In this document: positions 61,961 through 64,000 of the stretch, piece by piece
Numbering within the stretch: position 1 is the first letter of the stretch
Layout of the letters: each line of letters opens with the position of its first letter
The notes under the pieces: generated by a model
What the model was told of the DNA's origin: nothing
What the model saw: only the letters and a program-made list of their open reading frames with translations
Databases searched by the model: none
Source of the DNA: Camelus dromedarius
Taxonomy: Eukaryota
NCBI RefSeq assembly: GCF_036321535.1
Contig: NC_087438.1
Location: forward strand, 9,798,001-9,862,000
Reading direction: 5' to 3'
DNA: 64,000 bases
Program-made: the position numbers and the translations under genes

Positions 61961-62868
61961 ACCCATAAGAAAAAAACATTATCTGCTAAGATAATTAGGA
62001 GCAGTGTGCCTCACTTAAAGCTAATCATTTGGAGGATACAACACACAAAAATATTCAGATTGAGTTTCTGCCTTCCAGGAGTTTAAGTTCTAATCATGGT
62101 AATAAAATAAAAATATGAGCAAAATTGCATACGAGTAACAATAACTTGAAAGGGCTGGCTGGTGGAATTAATCATGGAAAACCTATCAGAGTTAGACTCC
62201 GTTAAATCTGCGGGCACAAAGTGAGATTCACAGAATGTTCCCCGAGGGATCAGCATGGGGCCAATAGTATTGTACACATGGACTCATTTCATTTGACGAT
62301 GACCTTGTGAACAAGGGCAGGAGGGGCAAAGGAAGCAGAAGTGAATTAGAGAAGAGGGCAGAAGTCAGTGGTGTGGGGGATTTCTCTACATACACGAAAC
62401 AGCGTAGAAAAGAGAACAATGAGTGGGTGAAGGCTGCAATGGGCAGAAGAAACCAAGGAGGTTTTGAGTGCAAATATAATTTAGTTGAACCCATGGGTAG
62501 AAGCTAAAATAACCTAGATTCAAAGACGTTTGGATGGAGAGGCTCCTCAAAACCATGAAGAAACATAAAACATATCACGTTAATGTGCAGGTGGAATAAA
62601 GAGCAACTATCAATATCCATAATTCTTTGACTTTTTGTTGGTTCAGATAGTATTTGCTTCATTTCTATGCCGTAAATATTAATTTCTTCAAATGTACTTA
62701 ATAAAACAATGTATTAAAATTATTTGTGTAGTATTACTTTCTACTCTGTATCAAATGAAGTAAGTAGTCTGCCAATAAGCCCTGTCTGCAATTTTTTAAA
62801 TGAGAAAATTCCACTGAATAGAACATTCAAACATGCCTACGCACATAGGGACCTTCAGAACATCACAC

Positions 62869-63063
62869 CTGCTTAGAAAGCTGCTCCTCACACAGCTTGT
62901 AGAGCGTGAAAAACTTCCTGGCCAAAATGATGTTGTCAATGAAGCCACAACTAGCCAGCTTCACCCTTATGATAATCTGTCGGTCAGGGACCATCATGGC
63001 CACGGAGCGGAAGTTAATCTTCAAGTTTTCAGGGAGTTCCTGTCGCCCAGCGTAGCCAGGATT
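62869..63063 (-). CDS. DNAH5: DNAH5 exon ~38, AAA1
   Basis: 195 nt; [27 protein letters not shown]...LCEEQLSKQ; acceptor CAG, donor CAG|GTGTGA. Confidence 0.96.
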
Positions 63064-63398
63064 CTGTACAGAAAAGAAAACCCAAGGATGAATGATACCG
63101 TCACCAGGGAACAAGCGCAACACATCAACATGATATTAAAAGATTTGTTAGGCACAGACAGCAAATCTGGAATGACAACCGGGAAATTCATTCATGTACC
63201 TCACCCTCCTTTTAAGTGGAGAGACTAGATTATGAGTTGCTGATATGAGCTTTACTTAACACTGAAGGCTTTCAAGCAGGAGTGAAAATTACAATCCCAA
63301 TTTCCATTCATAGAAAATAAGTGACACATGACCAGGGAGATGCAGGAAAACTGTGATAAGAAGGTTGAAGTTCCGTAGCTCTTCTTGTGGTTCCTTAC

Positions 63399-63586
63399 CA
63401 TGGTCAGAAAAAGTCCAAATTCAGGGTTCATAGTCACATTATCCCCATCAGTAAAAATAAAAGACTTTTTACGCTCCTTTTTACATGTCAGAATGATGGA
63501 AATCTGCTGGGCTGCAACGGAGAGAACTGGTAGGTCGATGCGGTTAAATTCATCAAAACAGCCCCAGGATCCAGACTGTGCCAGTC
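63399..63586 (-). CDS. DNAH5: DNAH5 exon ~37, AAA1 Walker B
   Basis: 188 nt; [62 protein letters not shown]; acceptor ctAAG, donor ATG|GTAAGG. Confidence 0.96.
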
Positions 63587-63959
63587 CTTAGAAGGGAAAT
63601 TAAACAGAAAATCCAATTAGTATATAATTTTGGAAAACCAAGGAAAAGAGCATCATGCAGCTGCCAAGACAAGCCAGAGATAAGTTTGTTCAAAAATAAG
63701 GTTGAACAAATAGATCATACATAAAACATCCCCAAAATAACACACAACGTGACACAATAACTCAATCTGCAGTGATAAATTAGGAACGTTACAAAGGCAA
63801 GTGATGTTGACATTTGACCCACACAACGCTGGTAAGATTCAGGTTTTCCAAAAAGTTTTACAAAGTTGGAAAATGACACTAAAACATTGAAAAATAAATC
63901 TCAGCAAGGTAGTTCACCTTAGCTTAAATTTCTCATCAAATAAAAAATATAACCCTCAC

Positions 63960-64000
63960 CTTTAAAAATCCGTCCAAGTCCTCGGAAATCCATCTGGTCC
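63960..64000 (-). CDS. DNAH5: DNAH5 exon ~36 (3' part, cut by window edge), AAA1
   Basis: Translates DQMDFRGLGRIFK-G; donor AAG|GTGAGG, phase 1. Confidence 0.93.

Larger units (their letters stand above)
742..64000 (-). other. DNAH5: Internal portion of the dynein axonemal heavy chain 5 gene (exons ~36-61); the gene extends beyond both window edges
   Basis: 26 GT-AG exons join in one open frame. Dynein motifs are present: WGCFDEFNR (AAA1 Walker B), GPSGAGKT (AAA2), GEQGTAKT (AAA3), GVGGSGKQ (AAA4), then stalk and MTBD. The peptide closely matches human DNAH5 as I recall it, rather than paralog DNAH8. Confidence 0.96.

Noticed and set aside
742..63586. DNAH5 pseudogenisation or exon loss
   Set aside because: All exon phases are compatible, I found no stop or frameshift, and the peptide is continuous.
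1..64000. A novel multi-gene system, nested gene, CRISPR array or prokaryotic-type operon
   Set aside because: All convincing coding signal belongs to DNAH5 exons or L1 relics. I saw no spaced repeat arrays, second gene, processed pseudogene or mitochondrial insert.

Overview
This is mammalian genomic DNA: AT-rich, CpG-depleted and dense in repeats. The whole window lies inside one minus-strand gene, the axonemal outer-arm dynein heavy chain DNAH5. I traced 25 complete exons and one partial exon, all bounded by GT-AG. They join with compatible phases into one uninterrupted frame of 4399 nt (about 1466 codons). This covers the end of AAA1, AAA2, AAA3, AAA4, the stalk CC1, the microtubule-binding domain and the start of CC2. 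Exon numbers 36-61 follow my recollection of the human gene and are not verified. I saw no stop codon or frameshift. The introns hold L1, L2, MIR, LTR (MaLR/ERVL) and DNA-transposon relics plus microsatellites. Two tRNA-Ala-derived SINEs with target-site duplications resemble the camelid vic-1 family, so the source is probably a camel, llama or alpaca (inference). Repeat family names come from recalled consensus sequences, and the boundaries of old repeats are approximate. I found no evidence of a new multi-gene system. The notable signals are small: a perfect 14-bp hairpin made of two inverted CCAAT boxes, a probable tiny L1 3' transduction, an inverted chimeric micro-L1, a filler-containing L1 junction, a candidate recursive splice site, a microsatellite-built cryptic acceptor, a rare GAG acceptor, a CpG-island-like exon and a cluster of E-boxes.
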